Shown: positions 1-11,630 of the stretch, piece by piece | Layout of the letters: each line of letters starts with the position of its first letter | How positions within the stretch are numbered: position 1 is the first letter of the stretch | Origin: Blepharisma stoltei ATCC 30299 | Lineage: Eukaryota; Protista; Ciliophora | Assembly: GCA_965603825.1 (NCBI GenBank) | Contig: CBFDEM010000013.1 | Coordinates: 744,001-808,000, forward strand | Direction: 5' to 3' | DNA: 64,000 bases | The notes under the pieces: generated by a model | Told to the model about the DNA's origin: nothing | What the model saw: only the letters and a program-made list of their open reading frames with translations | The model's database searches: none | Translations under genes and position numbers: made by a program

Positions 1-205
1 AAATATTACAAGATGATTAGTAGAGAGTTTCTTTATAAATTGACAAAAATAATTATAATTTGAAAAGATAAATTCTTTTGGATATGGGACTATAATAGAC
101 ACCCATTTCAACTCTATAATATTTTTACAAATTTATTATCATATTTTTATTATTCTTTATTAAAAAACGATAATAAGCTTTCTACATTTTTAGTAATTTT
201 ATTCA

Positions 206-2419
206 ATGAGCGCAAAGTTCACAGAAACTTTACGCTACATTAAAGAAGAACTTGCTCCTAAAATACTCGACAAAATTGAAAATGGAAATCCAGCAGATCT
301 AGGATCCAATGTTTTTACTAATGCTTGCAATCTTGTTTACGAGGTGTCTGGCGGGGTTTATGAATTTGACTTGTATGAAGAATATGTCAATCTTGTCATA
401 AATTATACTGAAAAAATAACCAAGCCAAGACTTCTTCAATCAGAAGGAAGAAATTTATTAGTTAATCTCTATAAATCATGAAAAAAGCACAAAGTTCTTG
501 TCCATTGGCTCAAAAGAATATTTTATCATCTTGACACCTCGTTTATTCTTAAAGAATTTGAATTTACACCTATAGTTCCGATGGGATTACAGATATTTAA
601 AACTGAGATATTTGATTATTCAAAAAGAAAAATCTGTAAAGCCCTTTTTGAACAAATACATAATGAAAGAGAAGGAAATGACAGCAATGCTAGCTGTGTG
701 AGAAAATGCTTATCCTGCCTTCGAGAAATTTTTGTAAGCAATCCAAGTCTAACGAAAAGGAAAAATCAAAAGAAAATTATATGCGAAGGGATCCCCGATT
801 ATAAATTTTCTAAAAAAATTGTTGAAAACCCATATTTGCAGAAAACCAAGCTTTATTATGCTTCTAAGCCCATAGGATGAATGTCAAGCCTTTTGATTCC
901 TACAAATTTCCAGGAAGCACTTAAAATATTTGAAGAAGAAGCAGATAAAATTAGAGATTATGAGGATTTACAAAATAAAGTTTTAAATATTATCGCTGAA
1001 GAGATTGTAAAAAGAGTTGCCTTGAGTTTAGCAGAAATGCCAGAAATTGGGAAAATAAGAATGTTTGATCAAGATAAAAGAGATGAAGTGAAAATGCTAT
1101 TTGAGATTTTTAAAAACTATGAAATTATTTTTCAATCCATCATTCCTGAATTTGAGCTTTACATTGAAAAAAAGGGTTTAGAAATTATATCAGATGAAAA
1201 GCTTCAGCAAGATCCTATTGAATACACAAGATCAATACTAAAATATAAAGCAGAAATTGATGAGCTTATTAATTATTCATTTTCCAATCATTTTACATTC
1301 CAAAAAAGCAGCTCTTTTGCATTTCGAAATTTTATCAATAAATTCTCATGCTCAGCTTCTAATGTTGTCTATTATAGTGACTATATGATGAAAAAAGGAC
1401 TTATTGGGCTTTCTGATATAGAAATTGATATAAGATTATCTGAAATTTCTATAATTTTTACATTACTATATGATAAAGATATATTTATTAGTCACTATGC
1501 TCGCTTTTTGGCAAAGCGGTTATTGGATAAGACTAGCATAAGCAATGATGCAGAACAAATATTGATTGAAAAACTTAAGGTTGAGGGCGGCCATGCAATT
1601 GTGAATAAAATTTACAGCATTTACCAAGATTTTTCTCTATCAGAAGTTATTACAGCTGAGTTTAATCAGAACTACAATCAAGACCGTCCTCATGAAATTC
1701 AATTTTCTGCACAAGTCCTAAAATCAGGGTGCTGGCCTGGGATATCGTCTGAGATTTGCTTATTACCTTATGAAATTCAAGTGCTAGCAAAAGAATTTTC
1801 TCTATTTTATAAACATAAATACGGTGGACGTAGTATTACTTGGACAACTGGATTAGGAACTTTTGAAATCTGTAGCTTGTTTTCGAATAAAAATTACAAT
1901 TTTATAGTGAACCCTTATCAAGCAGTCATACTGCTTATGTTTAATAATGGAAATGCATATAGTGTCAGAGAATTGAGAGAGAACTCCAAATTAAGTGACA
2001 ATACCTTTAAAGCCAATTTCATCAAATTTTTCAGCCCAAAATCAAAAATATTTAATAAAGAAAGCAAAGGGAAGACGCTAAATGATGAAGAATTGGTTAC
2101 AATTAATGAAAACTTTAAAGCTGCAATGGTTAGAATTAATTGCATTCCTAAAAAAACAGTGAGAGTTACCAAGCCAAGCCATAATGAAGAAGTAGTAGTT
2201 ATTTCTGAAAGAAAGCAGATGTTGGATGCTATTATTGTGAAGATTGCCAAAGCCAGAAGAGTTATAAAGCATCAAGAGCTGGTATCTGAAGTCCTCGAAG
2301 AAGTAAAGAGTTTTAAGCCTCAGCCTAACATGATTAAGGCACAAATTGAAAGCTTGATTGAAAGAGAATTCTTGGCTAGAGATGCTAATGATCTTTCAGC
2401 TTATAACTATATCCCATAA
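206..2419 (+). CDS. Cullin (divergent, CUL1/CUL3-like scaffold), 737 aa
   Basis: ORFs 206, 581 and 881 share one frame, joined by TGA=Trp at 479 and 878 (YKS[W]KKHKVLVHWLKRIFYHLD). Motifs: DKDIF..HYARFLAKRLL, neddylation-site IVKIAKARR, C-terminal IESLIEREFLARD...YNYIP. Confidence 0.92.
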
Positions 2420-2924
2420 CATCTCATATTAATAAATTTATAGTTATAATTCTGTGTAGTGGAATTAGTCTGATATTATTAAAAAAGCTAGAGAAAATTT
2501 TATTATGCTGAATTAGTTACTAATGTGGCTTGATCTTTATTATTTGTTTATCTATCACTTATGTAAATATAGAAACCATTATTTAAATTATAATGTCTTA
2601 TAGTTTGTATTAGTGATTAGCACTTTAAAGAATAAATTAAAACCTTAGTACTAAATCACCGTTTTAACTTTAATAACATGCTTGAAGACCTTATCTGCGT
2701 TTTCCTATCACTAAAGCCGATCATTGCTGCAGAAACGGTGCAATTATTTATAATCAGATAATATTATAATTATGATAGGTTCATTGCTTATGATTTTTCT
2801 TGGATTTTTTAAATTATTCGCATTTTCATTGAAATTAATAGCTATTCGCTCTTCTGTTCCAATTAATCCTTTTCACTGCTGCAAATCAAATTGAATGTAT
2901 TAAATGAGAATTTGGCATAAGATG

Positions 2925-3240
2925 ATGTCTCAGTCAAAAAAATAATACCTATTACTTTATAGCTTTCCCTATGCTCCACAGGTATAGCGGAAATCCTACT
3001 CTTGCTCCTCTGCCCACCGCATCTCGATAGACCCTGGCTGTTTTTTCACGTTTTAGTTGACACTATATCATTCTTATATGCCTAAAACCTTCTGCTTTTA
3101 AATTACTTTCCAATTGCCTCGTCAGTGCCTAGGCCATACTTCTCCATCACCTTTTTGCATCTCAAATGCAAGGCTAAAAGTAAAATCAACCCCTGATTTC
3201 TTGGAGATATCGAAAAGAAGGATCCATAGGCGTAAAGACG
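2925..3240 (-). mobile_element. Decayed non-LTR retrotransposon fragment (region between RT and C-terminal zinc knuckle)
   Basis: Minus-strand translation with stops and frameshifts (..RCKKVMEKYGL..STKTWK / KTARVYRDAVGRGARVGFPLYLWSIGKAIK**VLFFWLR) aligns without gaps to the element at 52.1-52.3 kb (..RGVLEKYGL..ATERWKTTELYRYLSDCEVRYKLPICLQGASETSKAVSIIFGLR). Confidence 0.7.
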
Positions 3241-3429
3241 CTATACAGTGTATATTCTGCATCTCAATAGTAAGGCAGATTGAAATATCAGCAGCAATAT
3301 GCTCTTTTCTTTTTGCAAGACTTAATAAAACAACTAATTATAATCATGTGATGAAATAATGAGCGATTGATGCATTATGCAATTTGATGCTATATAGGTC
3401 GAATTTTCTTAAAGCGATAAATCTTTATT

Positions 3430-4510
3430 TTACAAAGTTGTTACCTGAGATGCTTGCTTTAAAGTGAGATCGAACTTCTAGAGCTGATTTTGATGCTGAA
3501 CAAAGTAAATGGAACCTTTATAATAAACGATACTTGAATGGTAAGCGTTAGCTGTAATGCTATTAGTTCCTATTTGAGTCCAACTTGAAAAATTGTTTTC
3601 ACCGCTTTCGAAAATTCTTCCCACTTTCTCAAATACATATATTCTTCTGTTTCCTTTAAGTATCAATTTACAATAGCTAGCATTTAACGCCAAATTCGGA
3701 ACCTCTTAGTAGTTATTTTGGGGAATGCTATAAACTATTACTTTTTGAAGACTATGGCTTGTTATAAATATTGAATCTCTAAATCGCGCATTGGAGCTAT
3801 ACTGAAAACTTAAACCTTGGGGTAGAGGAGCCATACTTTCTCACACATTTTGTTTAAAATCATACCTTTCAGCCAGATTATTGTTACCTCCTATTAAATA
3901 AACATAATTATTGAAAAATATAGGATTAACATGATAATTGATCTTTGAGTTTTGCAGCTGCTTTAAATTTTTATTTTTGTCGATCGTAAATGTGGTGCCT
4001 GAACTAGAATTATTATTGCAGCAATAAAAATAAGTTTTATCAGGAAGTATGCAGCTTCCTGTATACCCATGGATTGATTCTTGTGTTGGGAGAGTTACTG
4101 TAGAAAAAATCTGGAAATTATCTAAGTTTATAGTTGCAAAATTTGAAGAACTATGTCTGAAAAATGAAAGCTCGTTTGATTCAAATTCATCTTCTATTTC
4201 TGCTATTAAAGAAGCCATAAAAGGTCTTTTATAAATATTTTCAATAGCTTCATTTACTTCGTTGCAGCTTAATTTGCTTATGCTTCACCAGATCGTCTTT
4301 CGTTGAATGTCTGTAGCGTTTAATTTTAAAATATTTTCCATATTATCTTCAGTAACAATATCAAGAAACTCCCCTCCATTATATAAAATTTCAATCATTT
4401 TGTCGCATCTTGCTTCAGCCTCATTTATTTGATTGATATATTTCTCAAAAAAAAATTTCCATGACTTCTCCTCTTCCCTTTTTGGACTTGAGCTTAGCTT
4501 TGGTCGCCAT
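3430..4510 (-). pseudogene. Helical N-terminus + Kelch/beta-propeller protein, pseudogene
   Basis: Kelch-like YVYLIGGNNNLAERYDFKQNV[W]ESMAPLP. One frame from about 4446 to 3430 with premature TAA (3706-3708) and TAG (3478-3480). Probable frameshift in the 9-nt homopolymer at 4447-4455 after ATG 4510. Confidence 0.65.
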
Positions 4511-4541
4511 TACATCTAAATTTATTTTATTTAAAAATATC

Positions 4542-4832
4542 ATGGATTCCAAAGCACAAATGCTAGATATCGTTAACGACGACATAAAGCTCCATTGCAT
4601 TACTCAAGCAATTTTTGCCGAGCACAATCGAAGTGATAACAACACAATCGGATTTGACCAATTCTACAGCATCATCAAAGCAATGAATCGAAACACAAGC
4701 TACAGGCCGCCTCGTAAAGGCGAAGTCAGAGAAATTTTCAAAGAAATCGACACTGATAATGACGGCTTAATCTCTTTTGAAGACTTCAAAATCCTAATTA
4801 GGCGCGTCCTTATGTGTGCTTTAGATATTTAA
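4542..4832 (+). CDS. Small EF-hand Ca2+-binding protein
   Basis: Canonical EF loop DTDNDGLISFEDF plus a degenerate first EF hand. ATG 4542 follows an AT-rich leader. Confidence 0.8.
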   Translation: MDSKAQMLDIVNDDIKLHCITQAIFAEHNRSDNNTIGFDQFYSIIKAMNRNTSYRPPRKGEVREIFKEIDTDNDGLISFEDFKILIRRVLMCALDI

Positions 4833-4868
4833 TGCTAAAATAACACTTCATGTAGAATTTGTATTAAA

Positions 4869-6461
4869 ATGGACGTCGTAGACAAAGAAAGACACTGCGA
4901 ATTCATTTCTTTAGTCTACAAGAACAACGTCCCCCAGATCTATACCATACTAAGAGACTACCAAATTGACCCTTTTCTCCCTACAGACTCCAGAGGTTAC
5001 TCTGCACTTCACGTGTGTGCATTAAATAACAGTACCACAATCGTGAAGTTTCTTATAAGATATGTCCAAGAATTCTATAAAGAAAAATCCCAAGAAATCA
5101 TCCACAATTGGGTCAACCTCAAAAATTTAGACGGCTTTACCTGCCTTCACCTTGCAGTTTTCAGAGGAAATCTTGTAATTTATAATTAGAAACTTGTGAA
5201 GCTGTTAATTAATCTTGGAGCAGACCCAAAAGCAGTGACAGGCCATGGGCTTGGAGTGATTCATATAGCGGCTCAAAATGACCAGATTATGATGATGGTT
5301 TATTTTAAAAGTCTGGGGTTTATGCATGAAGATCAGGATTATAAAGGGGCAACTCCTTTGCATTGGGCTTCTTATATTGGCTCAGAAATGGCTACTTGTG
5401 TACTTTTATCGTGAGGAGTAAACCCGAACTGTAGGGACGAAGAAGGACAAACGCCTTTGCATTTGGCAAGTATTAATGGGAATGCAAGGATTGTGAGAAG
5501 TTTGTTATTAAAAGGAGCTGAGCCAAATGTATCTGATTCCAAAGGAAGGACTCCTACTGAGTTGGCAAGGGAAAACGGGTTTGAGTCCATTGTAAGCTTG
5601 CTGAATAAACCAGGGTGGCTATCTATATGTGGAATTAAGCCACCACAGAGGCCTGTAAAATATAGAAGAACTTTATTGGTTTTATTTTTAGGATTATTGA
5701 TTTTTGGCTGTGTGTCAAATTTACTAGTGATCCACCAAAATTTGGAATTTTTTATATTAAACGGATTTGAGCTGTTTTTATTTTTTATTATTTGTCACAA
5801 AAATCCTGGGTATTTGAAGAAAAATCCTGAGACTACTTTGTTGTCTTTATGTGAGGAATATGAATGCAATCAAATTTGTCCAGAATGTATATTGAAAAGG
5901 ATGCCGAGGTCTAGACACTGCCAGATTTGCAATAAATGTGTAGAAAAATTTGACCATCATTGCCCTTGGATCAATAATTGTATAGGAGGGAAAAACCTTG
6001 GACTTTTTTATATTTTTTTATTAGTAACGCTTATATTTTTGCTATGAAATTCATTTATGCAGCTGCAAATTCTTTGGCATTCTCAGTATTCTTCAATAAT
6101 CGATTGTCCTCTATTAATCCAGCAAATTCTTTCAGGAGTTTCAGCGTTTATTTCTTTGGGATTTTTCATGCCGGTTTTGCTTTTATTTACTGTGCAAACC
6201 AAAAATATATGCTCTAATACAACGACTAATGAAAGATATTCGAGGACTGCAAGGGGAAGTTTGCAAGGCTATGAGAGATCGGATTCTGATACTTTGGTTA
6301 AAAGAGATAACTGTCTTAGGAATATAATTGAGATGTGCTGTAATTCTAATCAAATCAAGAGAGAAAATATAGAACTAAACGAGATGCTTGAAAATAACGA
6401 TGTGCGGTACACTTGGGTAGCAAAAGAGTATGAATCATTAAAAAAAATGCTATTAGAGTAA
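4869..6461 (+). CDS. Ankyrin-repeat DHHC palmitoyltransferase (AKR1/ZDHHC13/17/TIP1-like); exons 4869-5174, 5190-6461
   Basis: Ankyrin repeats (GATPLHWAS, GQTPLHLAS), DHHC-CRD RSRHCQICNKCVEKFDHHCPWINNCIG, TTNE motif. TGA=Trp at 5412 and 6045; 15-nt intron. Confidence 0.93.
5175..5189 (+). other. 15-nt spliceosomal intron GTAATTTATAATTAG
   Basis: GT..AG with A at position 10 and an in-frame TAG. Removal restores ankyrin GNL|KLVKLLINLGA. Confidence 0.9.
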
Positions 6462-6815
6462 GTTTAATATATTTATATATTTTTAGTACTATAAATCCCT
6501 TATTAATTTTAGCTTGCACAGTGTTTTTTTATTAATCTGCGACAACTCTAAATTTTCGAAATAATATTCATTTTTGAATTTTATTAAAAATTTAGATTTC
6601 TTATATATGCAAATGAAACCCAATAGAAATAGAGCAATTGTATATAAGAGTTTCTTATTAAATTTAACTTGCTATGCATATTAATATGAAATTAACTTTG
6701 AGAACAAATTAATGGCAGAATTTAAATTTTCAGCCCAGCAGTGCACACCTCAAAATCTGGTACCATTAGCATTATTCAAATAATTGTTTTCTATATAAAT
6801 TCCCTTTAAATTAAT

Positions 6816-7220
6816 TTAAAGATTAGGAAATGGGTCTAGTAGAAGATTCACTGATATCTTCCTATTGTTCAGAATTTTCACTTGGTTTTTATTTTTATTT
6901 GTTTTCAGTCGATTTTTGATTATTGGCATATGCCCAATGCTATGATTTGCTTTAATAACCCTTGGCGTGCTAAATTCATTATGATCAAAGTTGAAAGAGA
7001 AATCTTCAATGATCTGAATTTCTTTCCGTCCTCGGGGCGAATAATGCTTTATTTTATTTGAATTATTTGTGATTTCAAACTTCTTTTTTAAAACTGGAGA
7101 TTCGCATTGAATTGAATTTGGAATTTTTTGAGTTTCCAGAAAGTGGATTGGGCTTGTAAGCTTTCTCCTTACAAGAATAGTTTCGTCCATATTTTTATTA
7201 TAAACTCGCCTAATTTTCAT
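6816..7220 (-). CDS. Hypothetical basic protein (start may be ATG 7190)
   Basis: 134-codon ORF ending in TAA, divergent from the 7284 gene; no recognisable domain. Confidence 0.55.
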   Translation of the reverse strand: MKIRRVYNKNMDETILVRRKLTSPIHFLETQKIPNSIQCESPVLKKKFEITNNSNKIKHYSPRGRKEIQIIEDFSFNFDHNEFSTPRVIKANHSIGHMPIIKNRLKTNKNKNQVKILNNRKISVNLLLDPFPNL

Positions 7221-7283
7221 TAATTTTGCGCAAAAGCGCAGGTTTTTATATAAGAAAGTAATTCATTATCAATTATTAGAAAA

Positions 7284-9194
7284 ATGATAACTTATGATAC
7301 TCAGCAGTCTAGAAGACTAAAGAACAGCGATATTTTTGTTAAAAATTATTTAAAAGCTAGTGCTTCACTGCCTCATTTATCACCAGAAAATACTTACAAA
7401 TTAAAATTGCCACCTGCTGCTTATGAAATTAATAAACGGAGTTCATCGAGATTAGAAGAGTTTGAAACTTTATTTTCAAAAGGATATATCTCTATTACAT
7501 CTAAAAATCCAGAAAAAGAAATTTCTAAGTCCAAGCCACAGGTAAAAGTCTTTAAGCCTAATATAACTAACACAGAAAAAGCTAATGCAATATTTGAAAT
7601 CTGTATTGGAAAAGGAAGATTACGAAAAACTATAAGTATTGGGTGCTTAGTAACTCAATCTATAGCTTTAACAACAAACTTATCAGTCTCGTCTCAATTA
7701 GATGCAGAAAGATACCAACTTGTATTTTTTGATCCCTTACAATCAGAAAGCTGTTTTAATCCTTCAGAATTTTTTTACACTGACCCTATTCTCAATTTTA
7801 CCTTGGTAGCAGTCGATAAAACTCCTATAACAATGAATAAAAAATGCTATTTTCCAATAATAAGAAATTTTAATCTATCAGAAGGCTCAAAAGTTGTAAC
7901 TTATTTCCAAGGGTTTGAATATGCAGATATTGACATGATAGAAGACGATTATTTTTATTTTAATTTATTTTCAAAAAACCCAAATGGTGCGCCATTATTT
8001 ACAGAAAAACTAGACTTTCAAGGAATTCAGGTGGTTGCAACACCAAACTACACCACAAAGCAGGCACTCAGAACTGATGCCATTTTTAAATCGCTTTGAG
8101 ATATCAGATATAAGCTTAAAAACCAAGAATTAATTGACATGCTCGAAGAATCGGAGCTTGAAGAAAAGCCAAATAATCAGCACGGCCACGATTTTTTCTG
8201 ATTCGAGTGGCTGACCACCAATATTTACTATTTTAATTTTACAAAACAAACATGAAAAAAAATAAAACCAGAAAATTCACGAGAAATTAATAACTGAGAG
8301 AATTGGCACTTCAATTGAAATAACAGACTAGGAATTGACCCCAAAGGAAATTGAATAATTGCAGGAGGCATTGAAAATAGCAATGGAAATCCAAGCAATG
8401 AAATTTTTTTATACAAATCAGAATCAAATATTCTACAAAGGCTGCCTAATATGCTTGAGCCAAGGGAAGAATGCTCAGTTGTATGCATTTCTCATTTCAT
8501 TTATATCCTAGGAGGTAAGAACAGCAATGCAAGCTGTGAAAGATATAACAGAAATCTAGAAGAATGAGAATTAATCTCACCTATGATTTATGAAAGGTAT
8601 GGCCATGCTGCCCATGCAATGAACGCTGAACAAGAAATTTTTGTTTTTGGAGGAAATCCATATGAAATTGCAACTACAATTGAGAAATATAATATAGGTG
8701 ATGAAAAATGAGAAGAAATTGAATTGAGGCTTTCTGAGCCATTTATACAAGGAGGGTTATATAAAGTAAATGAGAATAAATTGATATTGTTTGGTGGAGC
8801 CTATTCTAATCAAGTTAATGTATTTCAAATAAATGAAGAATCATCAAAAAATACCCAAGAAGATAGCTATAAATACTCAATAAATAAAATTAAAAAGCTA
8901 GCCGAAAATATTCAAACATTTTTCCCTACATTTTTAGATTGAAGCCAGAATTCTATAATCATTATGAATGGAACTGAAAACTTTAACAATTTTCGGGTAT
9001 CCAAATACTCCTTTGACAACTATACCGCATTTGAAAGAAAAATTAGTAAAGCAAAGAAAGGTCCTCAATCATATCGACGGTTCCCAGAATTAACTATTTT
9101 GCATTCCGCACGATTTTTGCCTCCACTATCAAACAAATATGCTTCAGTACCTATTTCATGGTCTCCAAAATTTTCATACAAAGGGTTTTATTAA
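7284..9194 (+). CDS. Trypsin-like (catalytically degenerate) domain + Kelch-repeat protein, 636 aa
   Basis: Single frame with 9 TGA=Trp. Kelch repeats: IIAGG, LPNMLEPREECS..IYILGG..CERYN..[W]ELISPMIYERYGHAA..IFVFGG. N-terminal GCLVTQSIALTT..FNPSEFFYTDPILNFTLVAV..GAPLF resembles Trypsin_2-type proteases. Confidence 0.75.
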
Positions 9195-9210
9195 TAAAAT
9201 ACATGTTAAA

Positions 9211-11538
9211 TTAAGTATCAGCTTTTACTTCTTCGGGCTCATCATGCTGCTCATCTTCTTCATCACTCATTTCTTCAATAATAGGATCGCTATATTGAAA
9301 CAGCTCTATCGCCCCTTTTTCTTTCAATAAATCCAGCAAAACCGGCCCATCCACACAGGAATGAAAAATAAGCTCAAACCTGTTTTCTGGTATTATTTCA
9401 CTTACAAGCCCAGTTGCCGTTCTTTTTTGAGTAGAATTTGGTTCTTGGAAAATAGAATCCAACGCAATCCTAAATGCATTTTCCAGCATTGAAGGAATAA
9501 TCCTTCCTAAATGAGTTGATGAAAGCTCAAGGCATGGGTTTGTATTGACCTCTAGCAGCCAAGGCTTTAAATCTTCATCCAATAAAAAGTCATACCCAAA
9601 TATTTCAAAGGTATGGATCCTATGGTTCGGGTCAAGCTTCAAATAAACTGCTTGAATTGTATCCTTTACCATTGTTCTGATAACAGGCAATACTTCTTCA
9701 TTAAAATTTCTTTTTTTGTCATTGCAGTTTTTATCAAGGTACCTTTGAAAATCTGAATACGTCATTTTATTACCATTTTCATATTTCCCATAATCCTCAG
9801 AATTTTTTTGAACAGCGTCATTTGTAAGGTGGATATATTTATTTGTTATATTGCTGATAGAGAACCCTTTAGAAGCTGTCCTTAAATATCCTTCATTATA
9901 AAAATAGCCTTGGACGACACCATTGTAGCATGTAATTAGTGCATAGCACCTTATATCAAATTTTCTTTTATTTATAAGAAATGGCCTCTCTATGTATTTT
10001 TGTACAATAAAAGTATGTTTTCCTGTGCGAGGACAAGGGTTATTTTTTAGTTCTTGTTTCACTTGGTCAATGCTTGCACATACATTAATCCCAGTTCCTC
10101 TATTTGTGTTTTCCCCTGGCTTTACAATCCAAACATTCAAGGGTTTTTTCCCTTGGTCTTCTCTTTGTGAAATTTCATTAAATGCTTGTTCAAATTCAGC
10201 AAAAGTGGGGTCTTCTTCCCCATCTTTTATATGATAAGTAATTGGGGTGTAATTAAATACATTTTCTCCTATAGCTGTATAATATTGTTTCAAATTTATA
10301 AATAATGCTTTTTTATTTGATAAATGGTAGTTTCTCTCAAGCTTGTTATGCATTTTTATTTCATTGCAGTTGTAGGTTTGGCTGCATGACAAATGTGAGT
10401 AGCTTGCGGCTTTTGTGATTGCATCAAAGCCTAAAGGAGTTAAATCAACAATTTTTATTTGCTGGGAGCTTGTGGAGGAGGCTGGGTCTAAATATCTGAC
10501 GTTGGTAGAAATTGTGATTGGAGGGGTCGCTTCTAGTTGATGCTCAATTTCTGGAGGTAAAATTGGCAATTTTTTTAGGAAATCACGGTCTTTTCATTGG
10601 GTTCATATCAAATTTGCAGAGTCTATGTCTGCTTCTTCAACTCTTGACCACCAATATCTAGTGCTTAAGCATTGCTTTACTAATGCTGAATTATTTCCTT
10701 TTCCTAAATAATATTTATAAGTAAAATAATTCTCTGTAGGGGTTACAAGTGTCATCCCATTGCTCCAGTTTAGCTGCAAGGCAAAATCTTTTAAGATTTG
10801 GCCTTTTGCTTTTCCAAGCCATTCTTTGTCTCTCATTGTTTCTTTAACCGAAATTTTTTCAATTTTTTTGAAAACAGGCTTGCGTGGCTGAGGGGTCAGG
10901 GTTGATTTTCGCACCTCAACTTGCTTTGCAGGCGTTTTTGTCTGGCTCACAAAAGGAGCTCCATTTGTCTTCGGCTTTCTCAAATTATATGCTTCATAAG
11001 CTGCAATTTTGCTTTTTTTAATTATCAAATAATTCGACTTGCTTGGGATTTCTGATTTGCTTTTAAAAGTCTCAATCCCATCAATGCTGTTCCCTTCTTT
11101 TTTCCTTTCATCTTTTCCCCCATCTTCTCCTGCTGAACTTAGTCCTGTAACCTTTTCATCAATAAAAGAAATATTTGTGGCATATTTGATCTTGTTTATT
11201 TGCATTCCATGCTTTAACAAGTTCGCATGGGATTTGTTGTCTTTACTCGGAATCGAGTTCCTAGGCCACAGGCTTTCGACATCTGGAGTATTTGTGGTAG
11301 ATTTTATGATTTTCCGCTCAATCCGAGGGGTCAGGCCAGTCCTTGGTTTTGATCTGCCGAGGAGTTTTTTTACTTTGTGAGGATAAACTGTGATTAATGG
11401 GGAATCTAAATTTTGAGGTATTTGTGAAACTCTTGAAGAGTCAGCTGTGCTGATACCTAGAAGTCTGCGAGATGCAGATGGGTACTTTTTATTACGGTTA
11501 AAAGGGGAAATTGTACGAAAAACTGTAAACTCAGACAT
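9211..11538 (-). CDS. Tubulin-tyrosine-ligase-like (TTLL) tubulin glycylase/glutamylase, 775 aa
   Basis: Two ORFs joined by NLI[W]TQ[W]KD. Motifs WIVKPG..NRGTGI, IVQKYIERP, KFDIR, HLTNDAVQK, FEIFGYDFLLD, WLLEVNTNP. Confidence 0.92.
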
Positions 11539-11630
11539 TTATATAGATTTTAGGTAGTAATTTTGTTAAGAAATCAATTAAGTGCAATTATATAAAGAAT
11601 AATTAGAATATTTAATAATCACTGAGATTA

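Noticed and set aside
3114-3359. 81-aa plus-strand ORF
   Set aside because: Non-ATG start, antisense to the retrotransposon relic, no recognisable domain.
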